Source: Candidatus Poribacteria bacterium (lineage in GTDB: Bacteria > Poribacteria > WGA-4E > UBA9662). Taken from it: 64,000 bases of DNA. The stretch is from the NCBI GenBank assembly GCA_036339735.1, contig JAYZAL010000011.1, forward strand, positions 1-64,000. The letters run 5' to 3'. Positions 52,028-61,386 of the stretch are shown piece by piece. Within the stretch, counting starts at the first letter, position 1, and each line of letters opens with the position of its first letter. A program made the translations under genes and the position numbers. Under the pieces are notes generated by a model. The model ran no database searches. It was not told the DNA's origin and saw only the letters and a program-made list of their open reading frames with translations.

Positions 52028-55000
52028 ATGCGAATTTTTCAGTCAGAAGAGAAATTCTCCAACTATTATCAAATTGATTCATGCTTAGATTCTACTGGTA
52101 ATGGATTCGTCTATAAAGCTCGTAATACAAGACTTGGTAATGAAATTGCGCTGAAAGTTTTCCACTCCGACTTGTTTCCTAAAGAGATTGATTATCAAAA
52201 ATTTGAGCAGAAGGCCCAAACTCTCGGTCGCCTCAATCATCCTAATATCGCCCGTTTTTTTCACTATGGCCAATTCGAAGAATTACCTTTCGTGGCGATG
52301 GAATTAGTTCCAGGTCAATCGTTAGATGAATACTTAAAAGCTCGCTCTCCTCTACCACTTCAGTTAACACTACGATTAATCAATCAAATTTGTACAGCTT
52401 TGCAGTATGTATATAAGTTTGCTCAGATGCCTAAGTTAGTGAAACCTGATCTGGAAGAGTCTGAAGCTGAAATCGATTTAGGAAGTCAAAAATTATGTCC
52501 GTCTAATATCATGGTGATTGAGCCAAACCAAGAAACAAGCGAGCCTATCATTCGATTAACTGACTTTTGCTTAGTTTCAGAAGAGTCTGGATCAGTTGAT
52601 AGTTGGGATCGGTATCAAAACAAATTAGATGGATTGGATACTATAGGTCAATTGTTACTCGATATGCTAATTGATCAAGGTACACGTCAGCAACTCTTAA
52701 GCGATTGGCCAGACTTATCTGCTCTACCAAATATAGAGCTGGAAATCTCTGAACTAGAACCGACAATCAATAACCTAATTCAAAGTTCTATCAGCCTTGG
52801 ATTCGAGGAACAACTTACAGCTTTAGCAGATTGGCAAGCCAAAGTAACTCAAATACAAGAGTCGATCATATGCATAGAAGATGCTAATGCCCAAAAGCAG
52901 CAAGGCGAATATCGAATGATGGTAGAATCTCTGCAAAAAGCTATCGATCTCTTACCAACGAATCAACCGATTCAAAATCTCAAAAAACAAGCGGAAATAG
53001 AAGAGCAAATTGATCTTGCGGATCAACAAACTACAATGGGCAATTTCGAGGTAGCGATTGAGTCATGGGAAAAAGTTTTAGAACTAGCTCCATCCAAAAC
53101 AGAAACTCTTTTTCATCGCGCAACTAGTGAGATTGGGCGACTGGAACTTCTAGCTCAAATCAAGCCACTTCAGAAGCAAGTACAAGCTCAGAAGGAATTA
53201 ATCCGTCAAATGTCGACATCACAAGAAGAAATTGACTCTGAACGGGATAATTTCGATCGAGATCGACTTAGTCAAGATCAGAAAATCGACCGTCTGCAAA
53301 TTGATCTTTCGGCGGCTGATTTGGAGGTGAAATCGACAAAACAAGAATGGAAAGAAGAGATTGAAGAATTATCCCAAGAGCATAAGCAACAATTGGAGAA
53401 GCTTGAATTATTTGTGGAAGAAAAAGAGAAACTAATTGAGAAAATTAGCCAACAAAGTGAAGATCTGACAGGTCAGGTTGTTGATCTCGAAAAAATTCGA
53501 GTTAACCTTGATAAGGTTGTTGAAGAGCAAGAAACTAAGCTAAAACAGCAGGAAGAAGACATTGACCATCTTCAGGTTTTATCCGAAGAAATTAAAAAAG
53601 AGAAATTTCAATTCGAAGCCAAAAACTCTGAGTTGATTGAGCACCGGGACAGTCTTCAGAAAAACAAAGATGAACTAGAACAAAAAGTCATTGATCAATC
53701 TGAGGAACTTAGTGACCAATCGCTTAAGTTGGACGAATTAGGCAAAAAAAGCGAAGAAGTAAAAGGTGCCTTAGAAGTATCTGAAGGTAAATTAGAATCG
53801 TTAAAAGAAAATCAGTCAGAACTGTCAAAAACAGTCGAGAAAAAGGATTCACAAATTGAATTATTAGAAAAAAGAAGAAGCAAAGAAAAAGAAGTGTTTC
53901 AAAAATTGGAGCAAAGCTGGCAAGAACAGGTTAACCAAACTGAACAAAAAAATGAACAATTATTGAAAAATCAAATTCAAGCAGAAACGGAGAATATTGG
54001 CTTTCAGTTTGAGTGGATAGAGCTTAAAGAATCTGTTCACGATCTAGAACAACAATTGATACAAAATGCAGCATTTTTAGAGATAAAAGAAGAACAAATC
54101 AAGCAATTTGTTGCTGAAAAAGAATTTATCGATCAACAAGTGGAAGAACTAGAAGCAGGCTTTCGATTACAAGCGGATACTTTATTAGAAAAAGATAATT
54201 TGAACCAAGATTTGATAGCGTCAACAGGAAAACTAGAAGCACAAATAGAAGAGCTACAAGCCCATCGATCTTTGAGTGAAAACGAGCTGGGACAAAAACA
54301 AGAACAAATTGAACAATTACAAGCCTTAAAGCTCAATTTCGAATCTGATTTGTTGAGTCTAACTGATAGTCGGGATAGCTTACAGCAACAATTGAATCAG
54401 AAAGAACAATCCCTAGAAGAGTTAGAGACAAATAGCCTGGCTGCTGTTGAATCCTTGGAAAATCAAGTTTCAATACTCGAAGAACAAGTTTCAGTAAGCA
54501 ATCAACAATTACAACATTTTTTGGACCAAGTAGAGGAAAACAACAGCCAATCCAACCTATCAGACAAACATCAGGAATTTGAAAAAACTTTGGCAGCCCA
54601 AGAAGAAAAACTTACGAGTTTGAAAAATGAAAACTCAATGCTGACCCAACAGTTGCAAGACAGCTTAAATGCCAATAACTACAGCCAGGCAGAAGTAAAA
54701 ACACTGAAAAATCGGATAGACGAATTAGAAACAACTGTTTCTGAAGAAGTACAAGAAATTTCGGTTGAAAGAGAAAAAAATCAAAAGGAGATCGAATTTG
54801 AGTTACAACAGAGAGATGGTGAAATTCAGGCTCTAACTCGAGAAAAACTAGCCTTGTCTAGTACTGTCGAAGAACAAACTCGTATGTTAAAGAATGCTGC
54901 CACTAAATTTAAACAGCAACAACAGGCCATCGAAGCGCTAAAGAATGACAACAAAAATCAGCAAAAGGAACTAATTGAGCAACCACTAATTCCCCAGCGA

Positions 55001-55501
55001 TCAACGGCGAATGAATATGTTGATCTAGGTATAGCTTACCGAAAAGAAGAAAAATACCAAGAAGCAATTTTAGCCTATCAGGAAGCAATAAAGATAGATC
55101 CAGTTCACGAGTGGGCCTATAACAATATAGGATATGCTTACTACTGTGACCAAAAATATGAAGAATCGGTAAAGGCGTATAAACAAGCAATCCAAGTTAG
55201 ACCGGACCACGGATGGGCCTATAACGGATTAGGCCGCGCCTATAACAAACTAGGCCAATATCAGCAAGCAATTGATGCCTTTTTGTCTTCTACTCAAGTA
55301 TCTCCTGACAATGCCGAAGCTTTCTACAATTTGGCAAAAGCCTATGCTATTTCAGAGGAATATGATCTAGTTTTGTCGTACCTGAAACAAGCTATAAACC
55401 AAGATGCGGCTTATGCAGCAGCAGCAGCCAATGAACCATTATTCGTTGATTTAGCCAATAAAACAGAATTTCGACAGTTAATAGCCAACGCTGAATCATA
55501 A
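52028..55501 (+). CDS. Ser/Thr kinase-like (degenerate) domain, TPR, long coiled coil and C-terminal TPRs
   Basis: VYKA..IALK..LNHPNI..MELVPG; about 600 aa of E/Q/K heptads; AYNNIG / AYNGLG / AFYNLA TPRs. Confidence 0.85.
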   Translation: MRIFQSEEKFSNYYQIDSCLDSTGNGFVYKARNTRLGNEIALKVFHSDLFPKEIDYQKFEQKAQTLGRLNHPNIARFFHYGQFEELPFVAMELVPGQSLDEYLKARSPLPLQLTLRLINQICTALQYVYKFAQMPKLVKPDLEESEAEIDLGSQKLCPSNIMVIEPNQETSEPIIRLTDFCLVSEESGSVDSWDRYQNKLDGLDTIGQLLLDMLIDQGTRQQLLSDWPDLSALPNIELEISELEPTINNLIQSSISLGFEEQLTALADWQAKVTQIQESIICIEDANAQKQQGEYRMMVESLQKAIDLLPTNQPIQNLKKQAEIEEQIDLADQQTTMGNFEVAIESWEKVLELAPSKTETLFHRATSEIGRLELLAQIKPLQKQVQAQKELIRQMSTSQEEIDSERDNFDRDRLSQDQKIDRLQIDLSAADLEVKSTKQEWKEEIEELSQEHKQQLEKLELFVEEKEKLIEKISQQSEDLTGQVVDLEKIRVNLDKVVEEQETKLKQQEEDIDHLQVLSEEIKKEKFQFEAKNSELIEHRDSLQKNKDELEQKVIDQSEELSDQSLKLDELGKKSEEVKGALEVSEGKLESLKENQSELSKTVEKKDSQIELLEKRRSKEKEVFQKLEQSWQEQVNQTEQKNEQLLKNQIQAETENIGFQFEWIELKESVHDLEQQLIQNAAFLEIKEEQIKQFVAEKEFIDQQVEELEAGFRLQADTLLEKDNLNQDLIASTGKLEAQIEELQAHRSLSENELGQKQEQIEQLQALKLNFESDLLSLTDSRDSLQQQLNQKEQSLEELETNSLAAVESLENQVSILEEQVSVSNQQLQHFLDQVEENNSQSNLSDKHQEFEKTLAAQEEKLTSLKNENSMLTQQLQDSLNANNYSQAEVKTLKNRIDELETTVSEEVQEISVEREKNQKEIEFELQQRDGEIQALTREKLALSSTVEEQTRMLKNAATKFKQQQQAIEALKNDNKNQQKELIEQPLIPQRSTANEYVDLGIAYRKEEKYQEAILAYQEAIKIDPVHEWAYNNIGYAYYCDQKYEESVKAYKQAIQVRPDHGWAYNGLGRAYNKLGQYQQAIDAFLSSTQVSPDNAEAFYNLAKAYAISEEYDLVLSYLKQAINQDAAYAAAAANEPLFVDLANKTEFRQLIANAES

Positions 55502-55536
55502 AGAATTATCATTCAAGATCTAGGAGTAAAGAAATC

Positions 55537-56367
55537 ATGAGTTTTTTGTATTGCCTAAACACTAGTACAATTCGTCATCCAGAAACCTCAGTTCTGTCAG
55601 CAATCGATATCGCGGCCGATGCTGGATATGATGGTATAGAACCCTGGATACAAGAGATTGATGAATGGGTTTCGAACGGTGGTTCGTTATCTGACTTGCG
55701 AGATAAAGCCAACGATCGTGGGTTAAAAATTGTGAATCTGATCGCTTTCTTTGAATGGTCAGTGCCAGAAGATGACGCTCGAAAAAAAGGTTTGGATGAA
55801 GCTCAGCGTTGTTTTGAGATGGCTGATGCCTTAGATTGTAAATTTGTAGCGGCCCCACCATTTGGCATCCACAATCGAAAGGTAGATTTGTTTTCGGTTG
55901 CACAGCATTATGCTGAATTGAGTGAATCCACCACCGCCTTCCAAGCTCAACCTTTGCTAGAATTTTGGGGGATTGCTCAAACCTTAGGAACAATGGGCGA
56001 GGCACTATTGGTGGCAGCTGAATCAGGCCATCCTGACACTCAATTGTTGGCTGATGTCTATCACATGTACAAAGGTAGTGGACACCTACATGGTCTAGAT
56101 TACCTTCCACCTAATAAACTAGGCTTGGTTCATGTTAACGACTATCCGGAGCAACCAAATCGGGATAATGTTACGGATGCAGATCGTGTTTATCCCGGGG
56201 ATGGGTTAGCACCTTGGCCTCAAATCGTTACTAGTTTGAAAAATATCGGTTATACTGGAATGCTATCTTTAGAGCTGTTTAACCCAAATTATTGGGAAAA
56301 AGGGTCAGTTGAGGTGGCCGCCGAAGGGTTATCGAAACTAAAAGCATGTGTTGAGTCAATCACCTAG
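55537..56367 (+). CDS. Sugar phosphate isomerase/epimerase (xylose isomerase-like TIM barrel)
   Basis: LNTSTI, LEFWG, DVYH, HVND, DADRVYPGDG, SLELF. Confidence 0.88.
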   Translation: MSFLYCLNTSTIRHPETSVLSAIDIAADAGYDGIEPWIQEIDEWVSNGGSLSDLRDKANDRGLKIVNLIAFFEWSVPEDDARKKGLDEAQRCFEMADALDCKFVAAPPFGIHNRKVDLFSVAQHYAELSESTTAFQAQPLLEFWGIAQTLGTMGEALLVAAESGHPDTQLLADVYHMYKGSGHLHGLDYLPPNKLGLVHVNDYPEQPNRDNVTDADRVYPGDGLAPWPQIVTSLKNIGYTGMLSLELFNPNYWEKGSVEVAAEGLSKLKACVESIT

Positions 56368-56413
56368 GACCTTTCGACATATTGACAAACAGTTTCTAGT
56401 ATAAGACAATGGT

Positions 56414-57640
56414 GTGGTGATGAATATCTTAAATCGATCGATTGCAGCATCGAAAGCTCCGATCATTCAACAAAAGTTAATCTCGATTATACTAGTATTT
56501 AGCCTCACTGTTTATTCGGCCACGACGGTTTGGGCACAATCTAGCTCTGCTGACATTTCACATCTTGATCGTGGTATTATGCTGATGTTTCAAGGTCAAA
56601 CAGCAGCTGGAATAGAGGAACTAGAACAAGCGATAGCTCTAGGTACTAACCAACCTGAAGTCTACTACTATCTCAGTATGGGGTACTCTGAGAAAGAATT
56701 GTGGAATGGTGTAGTGGAAACAACAGATCAGATGCTTAAATTATTGATTGATGATATTGAAGCACTATATGCAAAAGGTCGGGCACACTTCAATTTAGGC
56801 CAATGGGAATCTGCTTCTAAAGCACTTAAACAAGTCGTTAATCAAGACCCATTTCATGTTCGAGCACAAAAAACCTTGGGCAAAACTCAAATTAAGATAC
56901 AAGACTTCGCAGGGGCTGTCGAATCTCTAACTTCCGCTTCTGAGCTGAATCCTGCTTCTACTATCATCTGGTATAACCTAGGGATGGCATATCTCAACCA
57001 GCGGGAATATAAAGCAGCTACTGAGTGTTTTGAAAAAGCAATTCAGTTAGCTCCAAGTTTTCCTCAACCTCATCATGGCTTGGGTACTGCTCTTTTACGA
57101 TTGGGGAAAAGAGAAGGTGGGCAGAAGTCAATGGCTCAATTTCAGTACCTACAAAAAATGACAGCCGAACACGAACGATTATCACGTTTAACACAAGAAA
57201 ATCCAGAAGATATCACCGCTTGGTCCGGCTTGGCACATTTGTCTATGGAAACTCAGAACTATCCTTTTGCTGTTAGAGCATTTGAACGGTGTGTATCTCT
57301 AGAACCCAAAAATGCAACCCATCGCATTGGTTTAAGCCGAGCCTTTATGGAGTTAGGTCTTCTTGTTCCTGCTCGAGAATCGTTATTTAAGGCTATCGAA
57401 ATTCAGCCGGATGAGCCAATTCTATACAATACCCTTGGTTCAACCTATGCGATGCAAGGTCAGATTCAACAAGCAATTGTAGCTTTTCAGCGTGCAGTCG
57501 ATTTAAATCCATCGGAACCATATTATCACTTAAATCTTGGTAAGTTACACCAGCAAATGGGAGATCAAAAATCAGCAGAGTATCATTTTAGCGCCTATCA
57601 AGAATTGAAAAATGCAACCAGCGGTGGAACTCCTAAATGA
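56414..57640 (+). CDS. Exported TPR repeat protein
   Basis: Signal-like hydrophobic segment ending VWAQ; multiple TPR units. Confidence 0.88.
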   Translation: MVMNILNRSIAASKAPIIQQKLISIILVFSLTVYSATTVWAQSSSADISHLDRGIMLMFQGQTAAGIEELEQAIALGTNQPEVYYYLSMGYSEKELWNGVVETTDQMLKLLIDDIEALYAKGRAHFNLGQWESASKALKQVVNQDPFHVRAQKTLGKTQIKIQDFAGAVESLTSASELNPASTIIWYNLGMAYLNQREYKAATECFEKAIQLAPSFPQPHHGLGTALLRLGKREGGQKSMAQFQYLQKMTAEHERLSRLTQENPEDITAWSGLAHLSMETQNYPFAVRAFERCVSLEPKNATHRIGLSRAFMELGLLVPARESLFKAIEIQPDEPILYNTLGSTYAMQGQIQQAIVAFQRAVDLNPSEPYYHLNLGKLHQQMGDQKSAEYHFSAYQELKNATSGGTPK

Positions 57641-58485
57641 CATTTTGGAAACTATTAGGCTTAAGCTATCTCATTTGGGGTTGGAACTTGCTATTAGTTG
57701 GGCAAGAAAATACGTTAGCCGCGAGATCTGTCAATTTGGAAAATTCCGAATTTGTAAAAGTTCCAGCCGGTTGGTTCACAATGGGGCACGACCAAAGAGC
57801 TCCGGATCAAAAACCATCTCACCGTGTTTATCTAGAAGCTTTTGAAATTGGCCGATTTGAAGTTACCAATCAGGAATATTACCAATTTTGGCAAGCTACC
57901 GAATCTCATACGCCACAAAATTTTCCACACAATATCGGTAACTGGCCGGAACGGGCTTTAGAGTATCCTAATCAACCGGTTGTTGGTGTATCTTGGGCAG
58001 ACGCTGAATCCTTTGCTAGGTGGGTTGGTGGTCGATTGCCAACTGAAGCTGAATGGGAAAAGGCTGCAGCAGGACCAATTGATAGGCTTTGGCCTTGGGG
58101 TAATAACCCAACGACCAAAGGACCAATATTTGCGTTGGCTAATAGCTGGAATGGTAACGATCAGTATGACAATGGATTAGCTCCTGTAGGATCATACCCA
58201 CAAGGAAAAAGCTATTACGGTGCATTAGACATGGCCGGCAACGTTTGGGAGTGGACAAGCGACTGGTATAGCGAAATCTACTACGCTTACTCACCCACTC
58301 ATAATCCGACTGGACCTACGAAAGGTAGCTGGAGAGTAATCCGTGGTGGAGGATGGATCGATAATATCAACCGTTGTACTACTACGATGCGACTCCATTT
58401 GTATCCGAAATTGAAATTATCTTTCGTTGGTTTTAGGGTATTGCGTCCGTTGTCCCCAAATTCAACTACTAAGACTGAAAAGTAG
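57637..58485 (+). CDS. FGE-sulfatase (SUMF1-like) domain protein, exported
   Basis: FTMG, EVTN, RLPTEAEWEKAA, DMAGNVWEW, RGGGW, GFR. Confidence 0.92.
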   Translation: MTFWKLLGLSYLIWGWNLLLVGQENTLAARSVNLENSEFVKVPAGWFTMGHDQRAPDQKPSHRVYLEAFEIGRFEVTNQEYYQFWQATESHTPQNFPHNIGNWPERALEYPNQPVVGVSWADAESFARWVGGRLPTEAEWEKAAAGPIDRLWPWGNNPTTKGPIFALANSWNGNDQYDNGLAPVGSYPQGKSYYGALDMAGNVWEWTSDWYSEIYYAYSPTHNPTGPTKGSWRVIRGGGWIDNINRCTTTMRLHLYPKLKLSFVGFRVLRPLSPNSTTKTEK

Positions 58486-58488
58486 TAA

Positions 58489-59256
58489 ATGTTTGTCCTT
58501 CCTCGCTTATCATTCATTTTTCTAATTATAGTAATTTTCTGTATTATGCCAGCTAAAGCCAAACGTTTAGAGGCAGGAAAAGGTTGGTCGGAGCCATTTG
58601 CCATCGACCGCCGTCCTCCTACAGATCTCAATCGAGATCGCGTCATCGACGTCTTAGATTTAGTAATAGCTGCCAAACAGTTTGGTCAATCTGGTAAAGA
58701 TTTAGTTGGAGACTTAAATGATGATGGGATTGTTAATATTTTGGATTTAGTAGTGATTGTCAAACAATTTAGCCAACTGATCGTAATGGCCCCACACCAA
58801 AACCAATTCGAAAAAATCTTTGTCACGATTGAGGAAAAAGTGAGGTTAAAGCAAGCTTTTCATTGCTTAACCCAATCTGACTTAAATCCTAGTATTATAG
58901 AGCAAGTTGAAACTTTGCTTGATGATTTAAGCTGGCAAACTAAAACTAGTACATATCCTCAGCTGATGTTGAACTACCCCAACCCTTTCAACCCAGAAAC
59001 TTGGATCCCATACCAGTTAAATTTCCCTACGAAAGTTCGATTTTCAGTTTATAACTCGAATGGGAAATTGGTACGAAGATTACTTTTAGGGTATAAAACT
59101 GCTGGGGTTCATAATAGTTCTAAAGACGCAGTTTACTGGGATGGACGTGATCAAGCTGGACAGCTCGTCGCTAGCGGCGTCTATTATGGTGTTCTGGAAA
59201 CCGGAGAAAATTTTAAAGTGAGTAGCCAATACCAACCAATGGTACTAATAAAATAG
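58489..59256 (+). CDS. Dockerin-like double-EF-hand protein with C-terminal FlgD/sorting-like domain
   Basis: DLNRDRVIDVLDL and DLNDDGIVNILDL; NYPNPFNPETWIPYQL..WDGRD..ASGVY. Confidence 0.85.
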   Translation: MFVLPRLSFIFLIIVIFCIMPAKAKRLEAGKGWSEPFAIDRRPPTDLNRDRVIDVLDLVIAAKQFGQSGKDLVGDLNDDGIVNILDLVVIVKQFSQLIVMAPHQNQFEKIFVTIEEKVRLKQAFHCLTQSDLNPSIIEQVETLLDDLSWQTKTSTYPQLMLNYPNPFNPETWIPYQLNFPTKVRFSVYNSNGKLVRRLLLGYKTAGVHNSSKDAVYWDGRDQAGQLVASGVYYGVLETGENFKVSSQYQPMVLIK

Positions 59257-59263
59257 AAGGACT

Positions 59264-60400
59264 ATGCCTCTTTGTAAGGATTTGGTTATCCACATTCTCC
59301 GCCATTTTTGGTTTCTAATTCTTCTTTGCCCGATTGTGAGTCAATCTGAGTTAGTTGATCCCGAAAACCGAGTTCCTAGAGTAAGTAATGTTATAGCTAA
59401 GCAGATAGGGCTGAGCGAAGTCAGCATCACTTACACTGCTATGGATCAAAATGGAGATCAATTAACCATCTCAATGATAGTAATAACCAAAGATGGTAAA
59501 CATATCTCACCTAAAAAACTAAGTGGCGATGTAGGGTTAGGTGTAATGAGTGGTGAACAGAAAGAAATTTTGTGGACAATTACCGATGAAATCCCGCTGT
59601 ATCATTTTTCTGATGGATATGTAGTTGAAATTGTTGCTGACGATCACCATCGACTGACAAAAAAAATTCGGTGGCAGCCAGATGAAGCTGAAATGGTTTT
59701 GGTTCCAGCTGGAACATTTTTGATGGGTAGTGAAGAAATGCAACACGCTCAACCTATCCACGAAGTTGAAATTTCTGATTTTTATATGGATACGTACGAA
59801 GTCACCGTTGGCCAATATAGACGGTTTACTGATCTTACTGGCTATGAATACAATGATTGGGCCGAAGTTGCCAATTTTTCGCCTACTGAACAGCATCCAA
59901 TGATTTTTGTGACATGGTACGATGCGATGGCATATTGTGTTTGGGCCAAAAAGCGACTACCAACTGAAGCTGAATGGGAATATGCAGCACGAGGAGGATT
60001 GGCCAGGCGATCTTACCCTTGGGGTAGTATCATTAATCAGCAACAAGCTAACTACACTGATTTTGACAATGATGCAAATCGGTTACTCCAATCAGTTGGA
60101 AGTTTCCCTGCCAACGGTTATGGGTTACATGATCTTTCTGGAAATGTGTTTGAGTGGTGCCTAGATGCATTTGATGATAAGTTTTACCAAAATAGCAGAC
60201 TAAAAGATCCATTGGCTGGAAGCTTGAGCCTAGTAGAATTGACAAAGAATTTTGGCACAGTGTTATCTGGACGAGTTCTAAGAGGTGGATCTTATCGCTA
60301 TAGCGCTGAATATGTTAGAGTTGATTATCGGGATTATGCAAACCCTGATCATCGATTCGATGCCGGTGGGTTTCGTTGTGTGGTCAATGTTCCCAAGTAG
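59264..60400 (+). CDS. Exported Ig-like plus FGE-sulfatase domain protein
   Basis: Signal peptide; N-terminal beta domain (SGDVG..KEILW); RLPTEAEWEYAARGG, GNVFEW, RGGS, GFRC. Confidence 0.9.
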   Translation: MPLCKDLVIHILRHFWFLILLCPIVSQSELVDPENRVPRVSNVIAKQIGLSEVSITYTAMDQNGDQLTISMIVITKDGKHISPKKLSGDVGLGVMSGEQKEILWTITDEIPLYHFSDGYVVEIVADDHHRLTKKIRWQPDEAEMVLVPAGTFLMGSEEMQHAQPIHEVEISDFYMDTYEVTVGQYRRFTDLTGYEYNDWAEVANFSPTEQHPMIFVTWYDAMAYCVWAKKRLPTEAEWEYAARGGLARRSYPWGSIINQQQANYTDFDNDANRLLQSVGSFPANGYGLHDLSGNVFEWCLDAFDDKFYQNSRLKDPLAGSLSLVELTKNFGTVLSGRVLRGGSYRYSAEYVRVDYRDYANPDHRFDAGGFRCVVNVPK

Positions 60401-60406
60401 TGGGCG

Positions 60407-61336
60407 TTGGCTAAAGATGATAAAATCAAGGAGAAAAGGTTGAAACAAGATAGATTGCCTAACTTAGCAAAATGTCTTTTGGGCAATTCCCAATGGTCGG
60501 CTCTTATAAATATACTATCCTTTTGCCTTTTCATTCCTATGATATCTCTCGCCGGACCAGTAATTACCAGTGGACCATTGTCAAAAGAAAAAGAAATGCA
60601 ACAGCCGGAACAATCAAGGCTAAACCAAAAACGTCCTGACGCACTCTGGATACTCAATTGGTATGGACCTGATAGTGGTTATATGAACAATGGAGGAGCA
60701 AAAAAATCTGCGAGAGTTGACCATATTAAAAATGCGACCAACGGTATTTTGGATCAACCGAGTCTTTCGACCATAGAAGGTTTACTTAAGACCAAAGAGG
60801 TTAGGGTTAATTTTCCTCCTAAACATACTATGATTGGTACGGAAGGTGATTGGATGATTGTAAATTTGGGAACTAGACCAGATGCTGCTGGTGGCAGAAA
60901 TATGTCTTCGCGCTACGGATTTGCAGATCTTAACAATTTTGATACTTGGCAAATTATCGTTATAAATGCACCAAAAAATATGAAGGCTATAATGTCCCCA
61001 GCTCAAGATGATTACGCACAAATTTGGATCAACGGTCAAAAGTGGCATAATGATTCTGAATGGACAGGAAGTCCCACAGAAGTTGATTTTGACGTTGAGG
61101 TCGATTTGAAGGCTGGTAACAATGTATTAGTATATCGGTGTGGAGAATCCGGCGGGCATGAATATGCCAATCTACACTTCGATCGAGACACTATGCAAAA
61201 AGTCCGGATCATTCCTGATCAAGCGAAAACAAAAGCTGCGTTTTTTGACGAGTTGGCCAATTTACCAATACTGGTTTCACATCGAGGTAGATTGGTCAAT
61301 TTCTGGGCTGATTTCAAGCTAAAAAGCGGTCAGTAA
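60407..61336 (+). CDS. Hypothetical exported protein with jelly-roll-like domain (start uncertain)
   Basis: Hydrophobic segment, DDYAQIWING..VDLKAGNN motif, C-terminal VSHRGRLVNFWADFK. Confidence 0.7.
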   Translation: MAKDDKIKEKRLKQDRLPNLAKCLLGNSQWSALINILSFCLFIPMISLAGPVITSGPLSKEKEMQQPEQSRLNQKRPDALWILNWYGPDSGYMNNGGAKKSARVDHIKNATNGILDQPSLSTIEGLLKTKEVRVNFPPKHTMIGTEGDWMIVNLGTRPDAAGGRNMSSRYGFADLNNFDTWQIIVINAPKNMKAIMSPAQDDYAQIWINGQKWHNDSEWTGSPTEVDFDVEVDLKAGNNVLVYRCGESGGHEYANLHFDRDTMQKVRIIPDQAKTKAAFFDELANLPILVSHRGRLVNFWADFKLKSGQ

Positions 61337-61386
61337 TTGACTTTAAGTTACGTTATTTTAGTAGGTTATAGAAAAAGGAAAATAAG

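Noticed and set aside
55562-56110. 182-aa antisense ORF and other short overlapping ORFs in the track
   Set aside because: Shadow ORFs of well-supported genes with no recognisable domains.
57637-60400. Diversity-generating retroelement targeting the FGE-like (CLec-fold) genes
   Set aside because: No reverse transcriptase and no template repeat with adenine-specific mismatches was seen. The shared 21-nt CCAACTGAAGCTGAATGGGAA is just the conserved PTEAEWE motif.
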